From Bacteroidales bacterium (lineage in GTDB: Bacteria; Bacteroidota; Bacteroidia; Bacteroidales; WCHB1-69), in contig JAFZXM010000015.1 in the NCBI GenBank assembly GCA_017616775.1, positions 26,495 through 90,494 on the forward strand: a stretch of DNA of 64,000 nucleotides. The letters run 5' to 3'. Positions 28,712-41,762 of the stretch are shown one piece after another. A program made the translations under genes and the position numbers. Position 1 is the first letter of the stretch. Each line of letters begins with the position of its first letter. Under the pieces are notes generated by a model. That model saw only the letters and a list, made by a program, of their open reading frames with translations, did no database searches and was not told where the DNA came from.

Positions 28712-31700
28712 CTATTTTTTATTTACTTTGGACGCTTGCAATGCTTCGTATTCTTCCATGGAACCCACTTGAATGTTTTCATATTCTTTCAATCCGGTTC
28801 CGCAAGGTATCAATTTACCCACTATCACATTTTCTTTCAAACCTTCCAAATTATCTATCTTGGCATTTACTGCGGCTTCGGTTAATACTTTGGTGGTTTC
28901 CTGGAATGATGCTGCGGATATGAAGCTGCGTGTTTGCAACGAAGCTCTGGTAATACCTTGAAGCACTTGTTTTCCTGTTGCGGGAGAAGCATCTCTTACT
29001 TCCATTATTTGCTTATCCTGACGTTTTAAGAATGAATTTTCATCTCTTACTTCGCGTGCTGTCAATATTTGACCGGGGTGATATTTAATGGATTCTCCTG
29101 ATTCTACCACTACTTTCTTATCCCAGATATCATCGTTTTCTTCTTGGAAGTCTATCTTATTCACCAATTCACCCTCCAAGAAACGGGTATCACCTGGATC
29201 TTCTATTTCAACCTTACGCATCATTTGGCGAACTATCACTTCAAAATGCTTATCGTTGATTTTCACACCTTGTAAACGATATACTTCCTGTATTTCATTT
29301 ACTATATATTCCTGTACTTTCATCGGGCCGCCTACTGAAAGGATGTCAGCAGGTGTCAAAGCTCCTTCGGAAAGAGGTGTTCCGGCACGAACAAAGTCGT
29401 TTTCCTGTGCTAAAATCTGTTTGGAGGTGGATATCAAATATTTTTTCTCCTCACCTGTTTTTGAAGTAATAATCACTTCACGATTACCGCGTTTCAACTT
29501 TTTGCTGAACGACACTACACCGTCTATTTCCGCTACCACAGCAGGGTCGGACGGATTTCTTGCCTCGAACAATTCCGTTACCCGCGGCAAACCGCCGGTG
29601 ATATCACCTGTTTTGCCGAAAGTACGAGGTATTTTTACCAAAATGCCGCCGGCAGTAATGGTATCTCCGTCATTTATTTCCAAACGTGAACCCACGGGGA
29701 TATCATATTCTTTCAAAATATTTTCGTCTTTATCCACTATCCGTATTGAAGGACTCTTGGTTTTTTGACGACTTTCTATAATAATTTTAGAAGTCATACC
29801 CGTTTGTTCATCCGTTTCGGTACGATAGGTGATGGAATCAATAATATCATTGAAACGAACTATACCCGACACTTCGGATATGATCAATGCATTGAATGCT
29901 TCCCATTCTGCTATTACTTCACCTTTTTTAACCTCATCTCCGGCTTTGAAATACAAATACGAACCATAAGGAATATTGGCTGTCATCAATACCAATCCCG
30001 TAGGATCCACTATTCTCATTTCGCCGGAACGTCCGATTACTCTTTGGCATTTTTTGTCATCAACAACAATAGGAATGGAACGCAATTCATCAAATTCCAA
30101 TTTACCGTCTGCTTTTGCTTTCACATCGGCTTGTACGCTCATATTACCTGCCACACCGCCGACGTGGAATGTACGCAAAGTCAACTGTGTACCGGGTTCA
30201 CCAATGGACTGGGCCGCAATTACGCCCACAGCCTCACCTTTTTGTACCATTTTGGAAGTGGCTAAATTACGTCCGTAACATTTGGCACATACACCATGTT
30301 TGGATTCGCATGTGAGCACTGAACGGATTTCCAATTCTTCTATGCCTGCGTCTTCTATTGCTTTACTGATTTCTTCGGTCAGCTCTTCACCTGCTTTTAC
30401 TATCAATTCACCGGTGGCGGGATTGTAAACATCGTGCAATGAGGTTCTGCCCAATATTCTATCATAAAGTGATTCCACCACTTCATCATTCTTTTTCAAT
30501 ACAGAAACCAACAAACCGCGTAAGGTTCCGCAATCTTCATCCACTATTACCACATCGTGAGCCACGTCCACCAATCTACGTGTAAGATAACCTGCATCAG
30601 CCGTTTTCAAAGCTGTATCGGCCAAACCTTTACGGGCACCGTGAGTAGAAATAAAGTATTCCATTACCGACAAGCCCTCTTTAAAGTTGGACAAAATCGG
30701 GTTTTCTATAATTTCACCTCCTGCGGCTCCTGCTTTGGTAGGTTTTGCCATCAAACCACGCATACCGGATAACTGACGTATTTGTTCTTGAGAACCACGG
30801 GCTCCTGAATCCAACATCATATATACTGAATTGAATCCCTGGCGGTCTTTGGACAATTTATCCAATAATATTTTACTCAAACGTGCATTGGTATGTGTCC
30901 AAATATCAATTACTTTGTTATAACGTTCCGTATCGGTGATCAAACCGCCCAAATACTGCATGGAAACTTCATCCACTTGCTCATTGGCTTCGTTGATTAA
31001 ATCCTCTTTTTCTTCAGGAATGATTACATCACCCAAATTGAACGACAAACCGCCTTTGAAAGCCATTTGATATCCCATGTTTTTGATATCATCCAAGAAT
31101 TTAGCGGTTTTGGCAGTATCGGTTTTTTTCAACACATCACCGATAATGTCTCTCAAAGCTTTCTTGGTTAAAAGTTTATTGATATAACCATATTCTTCGG
31201 GCACTACCCTATTGAACAATACCCTTCCGACAGTGGTTTCTATCAATTCCATTTTACCGTCGCCTTTCAGGTTCACCCTGCACTTGATAATGGCATTGGT
31301 GTGCACTTTTCCTTCATTGTGGGCTATCACCACTTCTTCTGCGGAATAGAATTTCATTCCTTCCCCTTTTACGGGATGCTCAGGAGTGGAATGCAAAGGT
31401 TTGGTAATATAATACAAGCCCAACACCATATCTTGGGACGGCACCGTAACAGGGGCTCCGTTAGCAGGATTCAAAATGTTATGAGATGCAAGCATCAACA
31501 TTTGAGCTTCCAAGATAGCGGCATTACCCAGCGGCACGTGTACAGCCATTTGGTCTCCGTCAAAGTCCGCATTGAATGCGGTACAGCACAACGGATGCAA
31601 ACGTATAGCCTTGCCTTCCACCAATTTAGGCTGGAATGCCTGGATACCCAAGCGGTGCAAAGTAGGAGCACGGTTAAGCAATACGGGATGTCCTTTTAAT

Positions 31701-32986
31701 ATGTTCTCCAATATATCCCATACTACAGGGTCTTTTCTATCCACTATTTTCTTGGCGGATTTTACGGTTTTTACTATACCGCGTTCCAACATTTTTCTTA
31801 TGATGAACGGTTTGAACAATTCGGCTGCCATATCTTTAGGCAAACCGCATTCGTTCATATTCAAATCGGGACCGACCACAATAACCGAACGTCCGGAATA
31901 ATCCACACGTTTACCCAGCAAATTCTGACGGAAACGGCCTTGCTTACCTTTCAAGCTGTCGGACAATGATTTTAAAGGACGGGCTTCGGCTTTGAAAGTG
32001 GATTTTTTGGAATTGTCAAACAATGAATCCACGGCTTCTTGCAACATACGTTTTTCATTACGCATAATCACATCCGGAGCCTTGATTTCCATCAATCGTT
32101 TCAACCGGTTATTTCTGATAATCACTCTGCGATACAATTCGTTCAAATCGGAAGTGGCAAATCTGCCTCCATCCAAAGGCACCAACGGCCTCAATTCGGG
32201 CGGTATAACAGGTATTACCTGCACTATCATCCATTCCGGACGATTTTCCATACGTTTGCGACTGTCTCTAAACGATTCAAATACGTGTAAACGTTTAAGA
32301 ATTTCTTGTTTTCTTTGTTGTGAAGTTTCATGATTGGCTTTATCGCGCAATTCATACGATTCCTTATCTATGTCGATTGACAGAATAAGGTCTTGTATGG
32401 CTTCCGCACCCATTTTGGCAATAAACTTATTAGGATCGGTATCATCCAACAATTGATTGTCTTTGGGCAATTTTTCCAATATTTCAAAATAAGTTTCTTC
32501 GTCCAACAAATCCATTTTCTTAACCGGTGTATCCAAATCGGCGGCCACACCTGCTTGAATAACCACAAATTTTTCGTAGTATATCACCGCATCCAATGCC
32601 TTTGAGGGGAGACCTACATAAGCGCCCAAACGGTTCGGCAAAGATTTAAAAAACCATATATGAGCCACCGGTATTACCAATTGTATGTGTCCCATACGTT
32701 CTCTTCTCACTTTGCGTTCGGTTACTTCCACACCGCAATGGTCGCAGATTACGCCCTTGTATCTTATACGTTTATATTTTCCGCAATGGCATTCCCAGTC
32801 TTTGATAGGACCGAAAATTCTTTCACAAAACAAACCGTCCCGTTCTGCTTTATAGGTACGATAATTAATGGTCTCCGGCTTAGTTACTTCTCCATACGAT
32901 CTTTTACGTATGGAATCGGGAGATGCCAAACTGATGGTGATTTGTGAAAAATCTTTTCTTGCGTTATTATCTTTTCTAAAAGCCAT
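28712..32986 (-). CDS. rpoC: DNA-directed RNA polymerase subunit beta'
   Basis: The 1424-aa product has a zinc-binding CHCGKY..C..CGV motif and the [12 protein letters not shown] catalytic motif. Confidence 0.98.
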   Translation of the reverse strand: MAFRKDNNARKDFSQITISLASPDSIRKRSYGEVTKPETINYRTYKAERDGLFCERIFGPIKDWECHCGKYKRIRYKGVICDHCGVEVTERKVRRERMGHIQLVIPVAHIWFFKSLPNRLGAYVGLPSKALDAVIYYEKFVVIQAGVAADLDTPVKKMDLLDEETYFEILEKLPKDNQLLDDTDPNKFIAKMGAEAIQDLILSIDIDKESYELRDKANHETSQQRKQEILKRLHVFESFRDSRKRMENRPEWMIVQVIPVIPPELRPLVPLDGGRFATSDLNELYRRVIIRNNRLKRLMEIKAPDVIMRNEKRMLQEAVDSLFDNSKKSTFKAEARPLKSLSDSLKGKQGRFRQNLLGKRVDYSGRSVIVVGPDLNMNECGLPKDMAAELFKPFIIRKMLERGIVKTVKSAKKIVDRKDPVVWDILENILKGHPVLLNRAPTLHRLGIQAFQPKLVEGKAIRLHPLCCTAFNADFDGDQMAVHVPLGNAAILEAQMLMLASHNILNPANGAPVTVPSQDMVLGLYYITKPLHSTPEHPVKGEGMKFYSAEEVVIAHNEGKVHTNAIIKCRVNLKGDGKMELIETTVGRVLFNRVVPEEYGYINKLLTKKALRDIIGDVLKKTDTAKTAKFLDDIKNMGYQMAFKGGLSFNLGDVIIPEEKEDLINEANEQVDEVSMQYLGGLITDTERYNKVIDIWTHTNARLSKILLDKLSKDRQGFNSVYMMLDSGARGSQEQIRQLSGMRGLMAKPTKAGAAGGEIIENPILSNFKEGLSVMEYFISTHGARKGLADTALKTADAGYLTRRLVDVAHDVVIVDEDCGTLRGLLVSVLKKNDEVVESLYDRILGRTSLHDVYNPATGELIVKAGEELTEEISKAIEDAGIEELEIRSVLTCESKHGVCAKCYGRNLATSKMVQKGEAVGVIAAQSIGEPGTQLTLRTFHVGGVAGNMSVQADVKAKADGKLEFDELRSIPIVVDDKKCQRVIGRSGEMRIVDPTGLVLMTANIPYGSYLYFKAGDEVKKGEVIAEWEAFNALIISEVSGIVRFNDIIDSITYRTETDEQTGMTSKIIIESRQKTKSPSIRIVDKDENILKEYDIPVGSRLEINDGDTITAGGILVKIPRTFGKTGDITGGLPRVTELFEARNPSDPAVVAEIDGVVSFSKKLKRGNREVIITSKTGEEKKYLISTSKQILAQENDFVRAGTPLSEGALTPADILSVGGPMKVQEYIVNEIQEVYRLQGVKINDKHFEVIVRQMMRKVEIEDPGDTRFLEGELVNKIDFQEENDDIWDKKVVVESGESIKYHPGQILTAREVRDENSFLKRQDKQIMEVRDASPATGKQVLQGITRASLQTRSFISAASFQETTKVLTEAAVNAKIDNLEGLKENVIVGKLIPCGTGLKEYENIQVGSMEEYEALQASKVNKK

Positions 32987-33037
32987 AATTTATTTTATAT
33001 AAATAAATTTCAAAATTTTAATTTAACGAAGGAAGTT

Positions 33038-36000
33038 TTATTCAAATGTTACTTCCAAACACAAACTGCGTAATTCATTTACCAGCACATTAAATGATTC
33101 GGGTAATCCCGGAGTAGGAGCCACTTCACCTTTTACAATGGCTTCGTATGTTTTGGCCCTGCCCATTACATCATCTGATTTTACTGTTAGAATTTCTCTC
33201 AATATGTTGGCTGCGCCGAATGCTTCCAAAGCCCAAACTTCCATTTCACCAAAACGCTGACCACCGAATTGAGCTTTACCGCCAAGGGGTTGTTGAGTGA
33301 TGAGGGAGTATGGTCCGATGGAACGTGCATGCATTTTGTCATCTACCATATGGTGCAGTTTTAACATATAAATGTAGCCTACGGTTACAGGTTGTTCAAA
33401 TCTGTCACCCGTGCCGCCGTCATAAAGATATACGCTTCCGTTTTCCGGTAAGTTGGCTTGTTTCAGATATCCGTTTACCTGCTCTAATGTGGCTCCGTCA
33501 AAAATAGGAGTGGCAAATTTCAAACCCAATATCTTACCTGCCCAACCCAATATGGTTTCATAAATTTGACCGATATTCATACGGGAAGGCACACCCAGAG
33601 GGTTCAAAACTATATCCACAGGTGTTCCGTCTTCCATGAAAGGCATATCTTCTTCGCGCACTATTTTGGCTACTATACCTTTATTACCATGGCGGCCTGC
33701 CATTTTATCACCAACACGCAGTTTACGTTTGCTGATCAGATATACTTTTGCCATTTGCACTATGCCTGAAGGAAGCTCATCACCTACGGTGATGGCGAAT
33801 TTTTGACGGGTGGTGCGGGCTACCAATTCACGGTATTTTTCGCTATAATTACGAACTATGCGTTCCACCAAAGCATTTACTTTGGCATCGGTGGTCCATC
33901 CTCTTTTACCATCGGGTGTCCAACTCAAGTCCACACTATTGTAATCTATAGCAGACAAAGCTTTTTGAGAGAACTTGGGTCCTTTGGGAATACATTCATT
34001 GCCGGCATTATCTTTCACACCGTGTGAAAGTTTGCCTTCCAATTTCTTGTACAACTTTTGAACAAGTTTGTCCTTCAAAGCTGCCGCTTCTTTGTCGAAT
34101 TGGTCCTCCACATCTTTTACTGTCTCTTTTTCTTTCATCTTGCCCTTGCGGGTTTTAACTATACGGGAGAACAGTTTGTTGTCCAACACCACACCTTCTG
34201 TTGATGGAGGTGCTTTCAAAGATGCATCTTTAACATCACCCGCTTTATCACCGAAAATAGCTCTTAACAACTTCTCTTCCGGTGTGGGGTACGATTCACC
34301 TTTAGGTGTGATTTTACCTATAAGAATATCACCTTCTTTTACATGAGTACCTATGCATACCAAACCGTTTTCATCCAAATTTTTGGTGGCATCCAAGCTT
34401 ACATTGGGTATGTCATTGGTAAGCTCTTCGGCACCGCGTTTGGTTTCTCTCACTTCCAAGGTATATTCATCTATATGGATGGAGGTGAACAAATCGTCTT
34501 TGACTACCTTTTCGGATATCACTATAGCATCTTCGAAATTGTAACCTTTCCAAGGCATGAATGCCACCTTAAGATTTCTTCCCAATGCCAATTCGCCGTT
34601 TTGGGTAGCGTATCCTTCGGTCATTATTTGACCTTTGGTTACTTTTTGGCCTCTGCGTACTATAGGTTGAATATTAATGGAAGTGCTTTGATTTGTTCTT
34701 TGGTGTTTGATCAAATGATAAGTTTTAATATTGGAATCAAAGCTTACCAAATCATCGTCTTCCGTTCTGTCATATTTTACACGGATTTGTGTAGCATCTA
34801 CATAATCCACTTCACCGTCACCTTCGGCATATATTTGTGAACGTGAACTGCGGGCTACATTTTCTTCTATACCCGTTCCTACAATAGGAGCTTCAGGACG
34901 CAACAACGGCACTGCCTGACGCATCATGTTCGATCCCATCAATGCACGGTTAGCGTCATCGTGTTCCAAGAACGGTATCAATGAAGCAGCAATAGAAGCT
35001 ATTTGATTAGGAGCCACATCCACTGCATCCACTTCAGAAGCATCCACAATAGGATAATCAGCCGTTCTGCGGACTTTTATTCTGCTTTGTTTGAATTCAC
35101 CCGTTTTATGGTCATAATCCGTGGTAGCCTGTGCGATTGTCATATTTTCTTCCTCTTCCGCACCTATATACATCAAAGGCTCGTTCACGGCCACTTTGCC
35201 GTCCACTACTTTATGATAAGGTGTTTCTATAAAGCCCAAATGGTTTACTTTGGCATATACGCACAAAGAAGATATCAAACCGATGTTGGGACCTTCCGGA
35301 GTTTCTATCGTACAAAGACGTCCGTAATGGGTATAGTGAACGTCACGCACCTCAAAACCGGCTCTGTCTCTTGACAAACCGCCTTGACCCAACGCGGAAA
35401 TTCTTCTTTTGTGAGTCACTTCCGCCAACGGATTGGTTTGATCCATGAATTGAGACAACTGGTTGGTTCCGAAGAAAGAATTAATCACCGAGGTTAATGT
35501 TTTGGCATTGATTAATTCTATAGGGGTAAACAATTCATTATCCCTTACATTCATTCTATCGCGAATGGTTCGGGCCATACGCATCAAACCGATGCCGAAT
35601 TGGGCAGACAACTGTTCGCCCACGGTACGGATTCTTCTGTTGCTCAAGTGGTCGATATCATCCACCTCTGCTTTGGAATTGATAAGTTCTATCAAATATT
35701 TGATGATGGAAATGATATCTTCCTTAGTCAGCACTCTCACATTCATAGGAATGCTGAGGTTGAGTTTTTTATTGATTCTATAACGGCCCACCTCTCCCAA
35801 ATCGTAACGTTTTTCAGAGAAGAACAATTTATCTAACGCTTGACGAGCCGTATCCTCATCGGGAGGTGCGGTACTTCTCAATTGCAAATAAATATATTCT
35901 ATTGCCTGTTTTTCAGAGTTGGCAGGGTCTTTTTGCAATGTATTGAAAATGATGGAATAATCTATTTGTGAAGGATCATCCTTATGCACCAAAATAGTTT

Positions 36001-36862
36001 TTATTCCATTCTCCACTATCAATTCTATATGTTTTTCCTCCAACACCTCTTCCCGTTCTATAAGAACTTCGGTACGTTGGATGGTAACCACTTCACCGGT
36101 TTCCTCATCTACAAAATCTTCATTACGTGTTTTGATCACGCGGGCGGCCAACTTAGTTCCCAATAATTTTTTCAAATTGGTTTTGGTGGCTTTTTCCTCT
36201 TTGGCCATATCGAATATGGTTAAGATATCCTTGTCGGTTTCATAACCGATGGCACGCAATAATGTTGTAACCGGTAATTTTTTCTTTCTGTCAATGTACG
36301 CATACATCACGTTGGAGATATCGGTGGTGAATTCTATCCAGGAACCCTTGAGCGGGATAATTCGGGCAGAATATAATTGCGTACCATTGGTGTGATATGA
36401 GGTTCCGAAGAACACACCGGGAGAACGGTGCAATTGAGAAACGACTACACGTTCGGCACCATTAATGATAAAGGTACCTTTAGGGGTCATATAGGGAATG
36501 AGACCCAAATACACTTCCTGTATTCTCGTTTCAAAATCCTCATGCTCAACGTCTGTACAAGACAAACGTAATTTTGCTCTGAGAGGCACACTATAGGTTA
36601 AACCTCTCTCGATGCAGTCTTCTATGCTATAGCGAGGTGCATCTACATAATAATCCATAAATTCCAACACAAAACTGTTACGTGTGTCAGAAATAGGAAA
36701 ATTCTCCATGAACACTCTGTGAAGGCCCTCTTTGCATCTGAGTTCGGGATTGGTATCCACTTGGAAAAACTCTCTGAAAGATTTTAACTGTATATCCAGA
36801 AAATCCGGATATGCAGGGGTATCCACAGTGCCAAAACTGATTCGTTCCGTATTGTTAATCAA
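33038..36862 (-). CDS. rpoB: DNA-directed RNA polymerase subunit beta. The start is probably the TTG at 36862; the maximal ORF extends to the ATG at 36937.
   Basis: The whole product looks like RpoB ([12 protein letters not shown]..., [12 protein letters not shown]). The ATG at 36937 lies inside the rplL-rpoB hairpin, and the 25 residues it adds ([15 protein letters not shown]...) look non-native. Confidence 0.95.
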   Translation of the reverse strand: MINNTERISFGTVDTPAYPDFLDIQLKSFREFFQVDTNPELRCKEGLHRVFMENFPISDTRNSFVLEFMDYYVDAPRYSIEDCIERGLTYSVPLRAKLRLSCTDVEHEDFETRIQEVYLGLIPYMTPKGTFIINGAERVVVSQLHRSPGVFFGTSYHTNGTQLYSARIIPLKGSWIEFTTDISNVMYAYIDRKKKLPVTTLLRAIGYETDKDILTIFDMAKEEKATKTNLKKLLGTKLAARVIKTRNEDFVDEETGEVVTIQRTEVLIEREEVLEEKHIELIVENGIKTILVHKDDPSQIDYSIIFNTLQKDPANSEKQAIEYIYLQLRSTAPPDEDTARQALDKLFFSEKRYDLGEVGRYRINKKLNLSIPMNVRVLTKEDIISIIKYLIELINSKAEVDDIDHLSNRRIRTVGEQLSAQFGIGLMRMARTIRDRMNVRDNELFTPIELINAKTLTSVINSFFGTNQLSQFMDQTNPLAEVTHKRRISALGQGGLSRDRAGFEVRDVHYTHYGRLCTIETPEGPNIGLISSLCVYAKVNHLGFIETPYHKVVDGKVAVNEPLMYIGAEEEENMTIAQATTDYDHKTGEFKQSRIKVRRTADYPIVDASEVDAVDVAPNQIASIAASLIPFLEHDDANRALMGSNMMRQAVPLLRPEAPIVGTGIEENVARSSRSQIYAEGDGEVDYVDATQIRVKYDRTEDDDLVSFDSNIKTYHLIKHQRTNQSTSINIQPIVRRGQKVTKGQIMTEGYATQNGELALGRNLKVAFMPWKGYNFEDAIVISEKVVKDDLFTSIHIDEYTLEVRETKRGAEELTNDIPNVSLDATKNLDENGLVCIGTHVKEGDILIGKITPKGESYPTPEEKLLRAIFGDKAGDVKDASLKAPPSTEGVVLDNKLFSRIVKTRKGKMKEKETVKDVEDQFDKEAAALKDKLVQKLYKKLEGKLSHGVKDNAGNECIPKGPKFSQKALSAIDYNSVDLSWTPDGKRGWTTDAKVNALVERIVRNYSEKYRELVARTTRQKFAITVGDELPSGIVQMAKVYLISKRKLRVGDKMAGRHGNKGIVAKIVREEDMPFMEDGTPVDIVLNPLGVPSRMNIGQIYETILGWAGKILGLKFATPIFDGATLEQVNGYLKQANLPENGSVYLYDGGTGDRFEQPVTVGYIYMLKLHHMVDDKMHARSIGPYSLITQQPLGGKAQFGGQRFGEMEVWALEAFGAANILREILTVKSDDVMGRAKTYEAIVKGEVAPTPGLPESFNVLVNELRSLCLEVTFE

Positions 36863-36924
36863 TGCTTTGGATTTTAAAATGTTTGACGAATAAAAAAATT
36901 TAAGAACGTTATTTCTAAAACACA

Positions 36925-36957
36925 CATAAGACCCCATTATTCCAAAGGGGTCTTATG
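36925..36957 (-). promoter_or_regulatory. rplL-rpoB intergenic hairpin (attenuator/partial terminator)
   Basis: There is a perfect 11-bp stem, CATAAGACCCC / GGGGTCTTATG, with an 11-nt loop. On the minus strand it is followed by TGTGTGTTTTAG. Confidence 0.55.
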
Positions 36958-36975
36958 CGTAAAAAAAGTAAGTTA

Positions 36976-37350
36976 TTATTTAAGTTCTATAACTGCACCT
37001 ACTTCTTCCAAAGATTTTTTCAAACCTTCAGCTTCGTCTTTTGTAACGCCTTCTTTAATTGCTTTGGGAGCTCCATCAACTAATTCTTTAGCTTCTTTCA
37101 AGCCAAGACCTGTTAATTCTTTAACAGCTTTAACTACTGCCAATTTTTGAGCGCCGGCTTCTTTCAAGATAACGTCAAAAGAGGTTTTTTCTTCAGCTGC
37201 TGCTGTTGCTGCTGCAGGACCTGCTGCTACTGCTACTGCTGCTGCTGCCGGTTCAATACCATATTCATCTTTCAAAATTTGAGCTAATTCATTAACTTCT
37301 TTAACTGTTAAGTTAACTAATTGTTCTGCAAATGATTTTAAATCTGCCAT
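36976..37350 (-). CDS. rplL: 50S ribosomal protein L7/L12
   Basis: The 124-aa product has an Ala-rich hinge and the C-terminal sequence [28 protein letters not shown]. Confidence 0.97.
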   Translation of the reverse strand: MADLKSFAEQLVNLTVKEVNELAQILKDEYGIEPAAAAVAVAAGPAAATAAAEEKTSFDVILKEAGAQKLAVVKAVKELTGLGLKEAKELVDGAPKAIKEGVTKDEAEGLKKSLEEVGAVIELK

Positions 37351-37391
37351 TTTATTATTCTTTTTAAATGTTTCTAAATTTATTTAACTAA

Positions 37392-37904
37392 CTATTTTTC
37401 GGAAAGAGTTTTTACTATACCTGCCAATTTGCCACCGCCGGATTGTAATGCGGAAATCACATTGCGTGCCGGAGATTGTAACAAAGATACGATATCGCCA
37501 ATAAGTTCTTCCCTTGATTTCAGACTGCTGAGCATGTCTACCAAATCGCCCACATATACGCATTGCTCGATATAAGCCGCTTTAATTGCGGGGATAGAAT
37601 TTTTGCCACGGAAATCTTTAATGATACGGGCAGGAGCATTTCCTGTTTCCGATACCATGATTGCAGAAGTTCCGTGCAACACAGGATACATTTCCGAATA
37701 ATCGGTTTCACACTGTTCCATTGCTTTTTTCAAAAAGGTGTTTTTCACCATTTTCAATTTTACGCCTTTTTTAAAGCATAATTTACGCAATGCATTGCTT
37801 TTTTCAACAGTTAAACCCGAAATATCAGCTACATACACTGTGTTGTAACTAGAGAGAATATTTGTTATCTCTTCAATAATCAATGCTTTATTTTCTTTTC
37901 TCAT
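37392..37904 (-). CDS. rplJ: 50S ribosomal protein L10
   Basis: The product is 170 aa, its position between rplA and rplL fits, and the sequence looks L10-like. Confidence 0.93.
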   Translation of the reverse strand: MRKENKALIIEEITNILSSYNTVYVADISGLTVEKSNALRKLCFKKGVKLKMVKNTFLKKAMEQCETDYSEMYPVLHGTSAIMVSETGNAPARIIKDFRGKNSIPAIKAAYIEQCVYVGDLVDMLSSLKSREELIGDIVSLLQSPARNVISALQSGGGKLAGIVKTLSEK

Positions 37905-37918
37905 TTTACAACTTGTTT

Positions 37919-38614
37919 TTATAATGTAACTGACTTCACATCTACTTGTACTCCCGGACTCATAGTGCTAGAAATATAAATGCTTTTCACATAAGTGCCC
38001 TTAGCTGCTGTAGGTTTCAATTTGATAATATTTTGTATCACTTCTTTTGCATTGTCATAAATGGCTTCATTGGAGAATGAAATTTTTGCCACTGCAGTGT
38101 GAATGATACCATATTTGTCAACTTTGAAATCAATTTTACCGGCTTTTACTTCCTGAATAGCTTTACCTATTTCCATGGTAACGGTACCGGTTTTGGGATT
38201 AGGCATTAAACCGCGAGGGCCTAATATTTTTCCCAATGCACCTATTTTAGGCATTACGCTAGGCATGGTAATAATAACATCTACGTCTGTCCAACCGTTT
38301 TTAATTTGTTGAACATAATCGTCCAAACCAACATATTCGGCTCCCGCTGCTTTTGCTTCTTCTTCTTTGTCAGGAGTTACTAACGCCAAAACGCGTACAA
38401 CTTTTCCTGTTCCGTGCGGTAATGTAACTATACCTCTTACCATTTGGTTAGCTTTACGGGGATCTACGCCCAAACGGACGTCTATATCCACAGAAGCATC
38501 AAATTTGGTAAAGGTAATATCTTTTACTATTTGAACTGCTTCGGATAAAGGATAACTACGGCTTAAATCGTGTTTAGCCTCTACCTCTCTGCGTTTCTTT
38601 GATACTTTTGCCAT
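37919..38614 (-). CDS. rplA: 50S ribosomal protein L1
   Basis: The 231-aa product contains MAKVSKKRR...FDASVD..V.LGVDPRK.NQ.VRG...LPHGTGK. Confidence 0.96.
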   Translation of the reverse strand: MAKVSKKRREVEAKHDLSRSYPLSEAVQIVKDITFTKFDASVDIDVRLGVDPRKANQMVRGIVTLPHGTGKVVRVLALVTPDKEEEAKAAGAEYVGLDDYVQQIKNGWTDVDVIITMPSVMPKIGALGKILGPRGLMPNPKTGTVTMEIGKAIQEVKAGKIDFKVDKYGIIHTAVAKISFSNEAIYDNAKEVIQNIIKLKPTAAKGTYVKSIYISSTMSPGVQVDVKSVTL

Positions 38615-38643
38615 TTTGTTTTTTACTTTTTGAATTTAAACGA

Positions 38644-39090
38644 CTAATTTTCAAATGGATTTTGTCCGCCTTTAACCGTTACACCCATGCTGCGTGCGGT
38701 ACCTGCAACCATTCGCATTGCCGATTCCACGGTAGAACAATTCAAATCCACCATTTTACCTTCTGCAATGGTACGCACTTGGTCCCATGTGATGGTAGCC
38801 ACTTTGGTACGGTTAGGCTCCGAAGAACCTTTTTTGGCGTTGGCAACTTCCATTATCTGTACAGCAACAGGCGGAGTCTTAATGATAAAATCAAAAGACT
38901 TGTCAGAGTACACTGTGATGATAACAGGAATAACTTTTCCCTGCTTATCTTGTGTACGAGCATTGAATTGCTTACAAAATTCCATGATGTTCACACCTTT
39001 GGCACCTAATGCCGGGCCTACAGGAGGAGATGGATTGGCAGCACCGCCCTTAATCTGTAACTTAATGAGTCCTGCTACTTCTTTTGCCAT
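38644..39090 (-). CDS. rplK: 50S ribosomal protein L11
   Basis: Contains [38 protein letters not shown]. Confidence 0.97.
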   Translation of the reverse strand: MAKEVAGLIKLQIKGGAANPSPPVGPALGAKGVNIMEFCKQFNARTQDKQGKVIPVIITVYSDKSFDFIIKTPPVAVQIMEVANAKKGSSEPNRTKVATITWDQVRTIAEGKMVDLNCSTVESAMRMVAGTARSMGVTVKGGQNPFEN

Positions 39091-39148
39091 TTTGTTTTAA
39101 TTGTTTTAAATTAATTAACTAATACTTTCAATGTTTGACCAAGAAAAA

Positions 39149-39709
39149 TTAAGCATCCTTGGATACCTGATAATAACTCAATTCCAAGGGAGTCTTTCTG
39201 CCGAAAATCTTCACCGTGACTTTCAACTTTTTCTTTTCGTGATTGATTTCTTCTATCACTCCGGTAAAACTATTAAAAGGTCCGTCGGTAACTACTATGG
39301 ATTCTCCTACCATAAACGAACCAACTACTTCTTCTTCATTTTCATTAAGCTCGTCGGCTTTGCCCAACAAACGCATAACTTCATTGGGACGCAATGCCTC
39401 AGGATTCTGATCGCCTCCTAAAAAGCCTAACACTCCCGGCGTTTGACGCAATAAATGCTTCACTTCGCCTTGCGTTAAATCGGCTTCTACAAAAACGTAT
39501 CCCGGATAGAAATTTTTTTCTTTGGTAACTTTTTTGCCATTACGTATCTGAAATACTTTCTCTATCGGAATAAGTACTTGCGATACAAATGCTTGCAAGT
39601 TGGAAGCTGCCACTTCACTTTCTATATGAAGCTTTATCTTCTTTTCCTGCTGCGTAACGGCCCGTAACACATACCATCGTAAATTGTTTGTTTCGCTCAT
39701 ACTTTCCAT
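39149..39709 (-). CDS. nusG: Transcription termination/antitermination factor NusG
   Basis: Has an NGN domain (WYVLR...), a KOW motif (GESIVVTDGPF..F.G.IEE) and the position between secE and rplK. Confidence 0.93.
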   Translation of the reverse strand: MESMSETNNLRWYVLRAVTQQEKKIKLHIESEVAASNLQAFVSQVLIPIEKVFQIRNGKKVTKEKNFYPGYVFVEADLTQGEVKHLLRQTPGVLGFLGGDQNPEALRPNEVMRLLGKADELNENEEEVVGSFMVGESIVVTDGPFNSFTGVIEEINHEKKKLKVTVKIFGRKTPLELSYYQVSKDA

Positions 39710-39798
39710 TTATAATTACCTTTCTTTATAAAACTTACCCTAATAAGTGTTCACTTATGGAAGCAGGGTACTTGTTTTCTCTTTAACAACTCTTTTGT

Positions 39799-40023
39799 TT
39801 ATGCACCATATAAAAAGCCCAGCAGACCTTTCCATATAAACGAACCGAATGCAATATGCTGAACACCGAATAATACATCCATCAAAAAAACAATGAGTGC
39901 TATTACTAACGATGCCACCGATACTACAACGGCGCTGTTTTGAAGTTCTGCCCATGAAGGCCAAGTTACCTTATGAACCAATTCATCATAAGCTTCTTTA
40001 ATATTTGCAATTAGTTTCTTCAT
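39799..40023 (-). CDS. secE: Preprotein translocase subunit SecE
   Basis: The 74-aa product has E...KV.WPSW.EL and a single TM helix, and it lies between tRNA-Trp and nusG. Confidence 0.85.
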   Translation of the reverse strand: MKKLIANIKEAYDELVHKVTWPSWAELQNSAVVVSVASLVIALIVFLMDVLFGVQHIAFGSFIWKGLLGFLYGA

Positions 40024-40043
40024 TTTAACAACTTCTTATTCTG

Positions 40044-40114
40044 CAGGAGCAGTAAGAATCGAACTCACATCAAAGGTTTTGGAGACCCCCATTCTACCAT
40101 TAAACTATGCTCCT
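40044..40114 (-). tRNA. tRNA-Trp (anticodon CCA)
   Basis: The cloverleaf was read by eye. The acceptor is AGGAGCA/TGCTCCT, the anticodon loop is CUCCAAA and the T-arm is GTGAG-TTCGATT-CTTAC. Confidence 0.85.
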
Positions 40115-40143
40115 AAAAAGAGACTCCCCGCAGAGAGTCTCTT
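40115..40143 (-). terminator. Hairpin plus U-tract downstream of tuf, directly abutting the tRNA-Trp 5' end
   Basis: On the minus strand the sequence is AAGAGACTC-tctgcggg-GAGTCTCTT followed by TTT(T)A and then the tRNA. Confidence 0.55.
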
Positions 40144-40163
40144 CATATCTTAACTATTGGTTA

Positions 40164-41351
40164 TTAGTCTAAGATTTCGGTTACTTGACCTGCACCTACA
40201 GTTCTGCCGCCTTCACGGATAGCAAAACGCAAATTCATATTCAAAGCTATTTCGGAAATCAAATTAACTTCTATAGTCAAGTTATCACCCGGCATTACCA
40301 TTTCTACACCTTCAGGTAAAGTGATTTCACCTGTAACATCGGTGGTACGGAAATAGAATTGAGGACGATATTTGTTGTGGAACGGAGTGTGACGACCACC
40401 TTCTTCTTTTTTCAAAACATAAACTTGTGCTTTGAAATGTTTGTGAGGTTTTACCGAACCCGGTTTGGCAATTACCATACCACGACGGATTTCGTCTTTG
40501 TCTATACCACGAAGTAACAAACCTGCGTTATCACCGGCTTCACCTTCGTCCAATATTTTACGAAACATTTCAACTCCTGTAACCACTGATTTCAATTTTT
40601 CAGCGCCCATACCAATGATATCAACGGGATCACCGACTTTGATGATACCGGATTCAATACGACCTGTTGCAACAGTACCACGACCGGTAATGGAGAACAC
40701 GTCTTCGATAGGCATTAAGAAATCTTTATCTTTATCACGAACAGGCAGAGGAATATATTCATCTACAGTGTTCATTAATTCCATGATTTTTTCAACCCAT
40801 TGGGGTTCACCGTTCAATCCGCCCAAAGCAGAACCTCTGATGATAGGAGTATTGTCTCCGTCGAAACCGTAGAATGACAACAAGTCACGGATTTCCATTT
40901 CAACAAGGTCTAACAATTCAGGGTCATCCACCATGTCACATTTGTTCATAAATACAACCATTTTTGGCACACCTACCTGTTTTGCCAAAAGGATGTGTTC
41001 ACGAGTTTGAGGCATAGGACCGTCTGTAGCGGCAACAACCAATATTGCACCGTCCATTTGAGCAGCACCTGTTACCATGTTTTTAACGTAGTCAGCGTGT
41101 CCCGGGCAGTCAACGTGTGCATAGTGACGTTTTGCTGTTTGATATTCTACGTGTGCGGTATTGATGGTAATACCACGTTCTTTTTCTTCAGGAGCGTTAT
41201 CGATAGAATCGAAACTTCTAAATTCTGACAAACCAGCTTCTGCCAACACTTTTGTAATAGCTGCGGTTAAAGTTGTTTTACCATGGTCAATGTGACCAAT
41301 AGTTCCAATGTTTACGTGATCTTTGGAACGTTCGAATTTTTCTTTTGCCAT
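40164..41351 (-). CDS. tuf: Elongation factor Tu
   Basis: Contains [18 protein letters not shown] and NKCD and is 395 aa. Confidence 0.98.
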   Translation of the reverse strand: MAKEKFERSKDHVNIGTIGHIDHGKTTLTAAITKVLAEAGLSEFRSFDSIDNAPEEKERGITINTAHVEYQTAKRHYAHVDCPGHADYVKNMVTGAAQMDGAILVVAATDGPMPQTREHILLAKQVGVPKMVVFMNKCDMVDDPELLDLVEMEIRDLLSFYGFDGDNTPIIRGSALGGLNGEPQWVEKIMELMNTVDEYIPLPVRDKDKDFLMPIEDVFSITGRGTVATGRIESGIIKVGDPVDIIGMGAEKLKSVVTGVEMFRKILDEGEAGDNAGLLLRGIDKDEIRRGMVIAKPGSVKPHKHFKAQVYVLKKEEGGRHTPFHNKYRPQFYFRTTDVTGEITLPEGVEMVMPGDNLTIEVNLISEIALNMNLRFAIREGGRTVGAGQVTEILD

Positions 41352-41432
41352 TTTCTTAAAATTTTAAGGATATTAATTATATATAATTTTTATTTTCTTT
41401 TTTTTCTTACAGTATCACTGATAAAAAATTAG

Positions 41433-41504
<72 letters not shown>

Positions 41505-41519
41505 ATTAAGCATCTTTTG

Positions 41520-41592
41520 AGCGGAAGACGGGGCTCGAACCCGCCACCTAAAGCTTGGAAGGCTTTCGCTCTGCCAAATGAGCTACTTCCGC
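41520..41592 (-). tRNA. tRNA-Gly (anticodon TCC)
   Basis: The acceptor is GCGGAAG/CTTCCGC and the anticodon stem-loop is AAAGC-CTTCCAA-GCTTT. Confidence 0.85.
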
Positions 41593-41655
41593 ATTTCCAC
41601 AAACAAAAAAGACGCAATAAAATTACTTTCATTTACGTCCTTTGTGTCTTTTTCG

Positions 41656-41737
41656 TGGGGGAAGGTGGACTCGAACCACCGAACTCATCCGAGGACAGAT
41701 TTACAGTCTGTTGCAATTGCCGCTATGCGATTCCCCC
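41656..41737 (-). tRNA. tRNA-Tyr (anticodon GTA), long variable arm
   Basis: The acceptor is GGGGGAA/TTCCCCC, the anticodon stem-loop is ACAGA-CTGTAAA-TCTGT and the T-arm is GGTGG-TTCGAGT-CCACC. Confidence 0.85.
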
Positions 41738-41762
41738 GTGAAACTAACTTCAAAGAACTTGG

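Noticed and set aside
29088-30278. Series of plus-strand ORFs (226, 166 and 100 aa) antisense to rpoC
   Set aside because: They are shadow ORFs within rpoC, Ser/Phe/Ile-rich and without signals.
39755-39964. 69-aa minus-strand ORF overlapping secE in another frame
   Set aside because: The secE frame gives the expected single-TM protein in the conserved tRNA-Trp-secE-nusG position. The alternative frame has no support.
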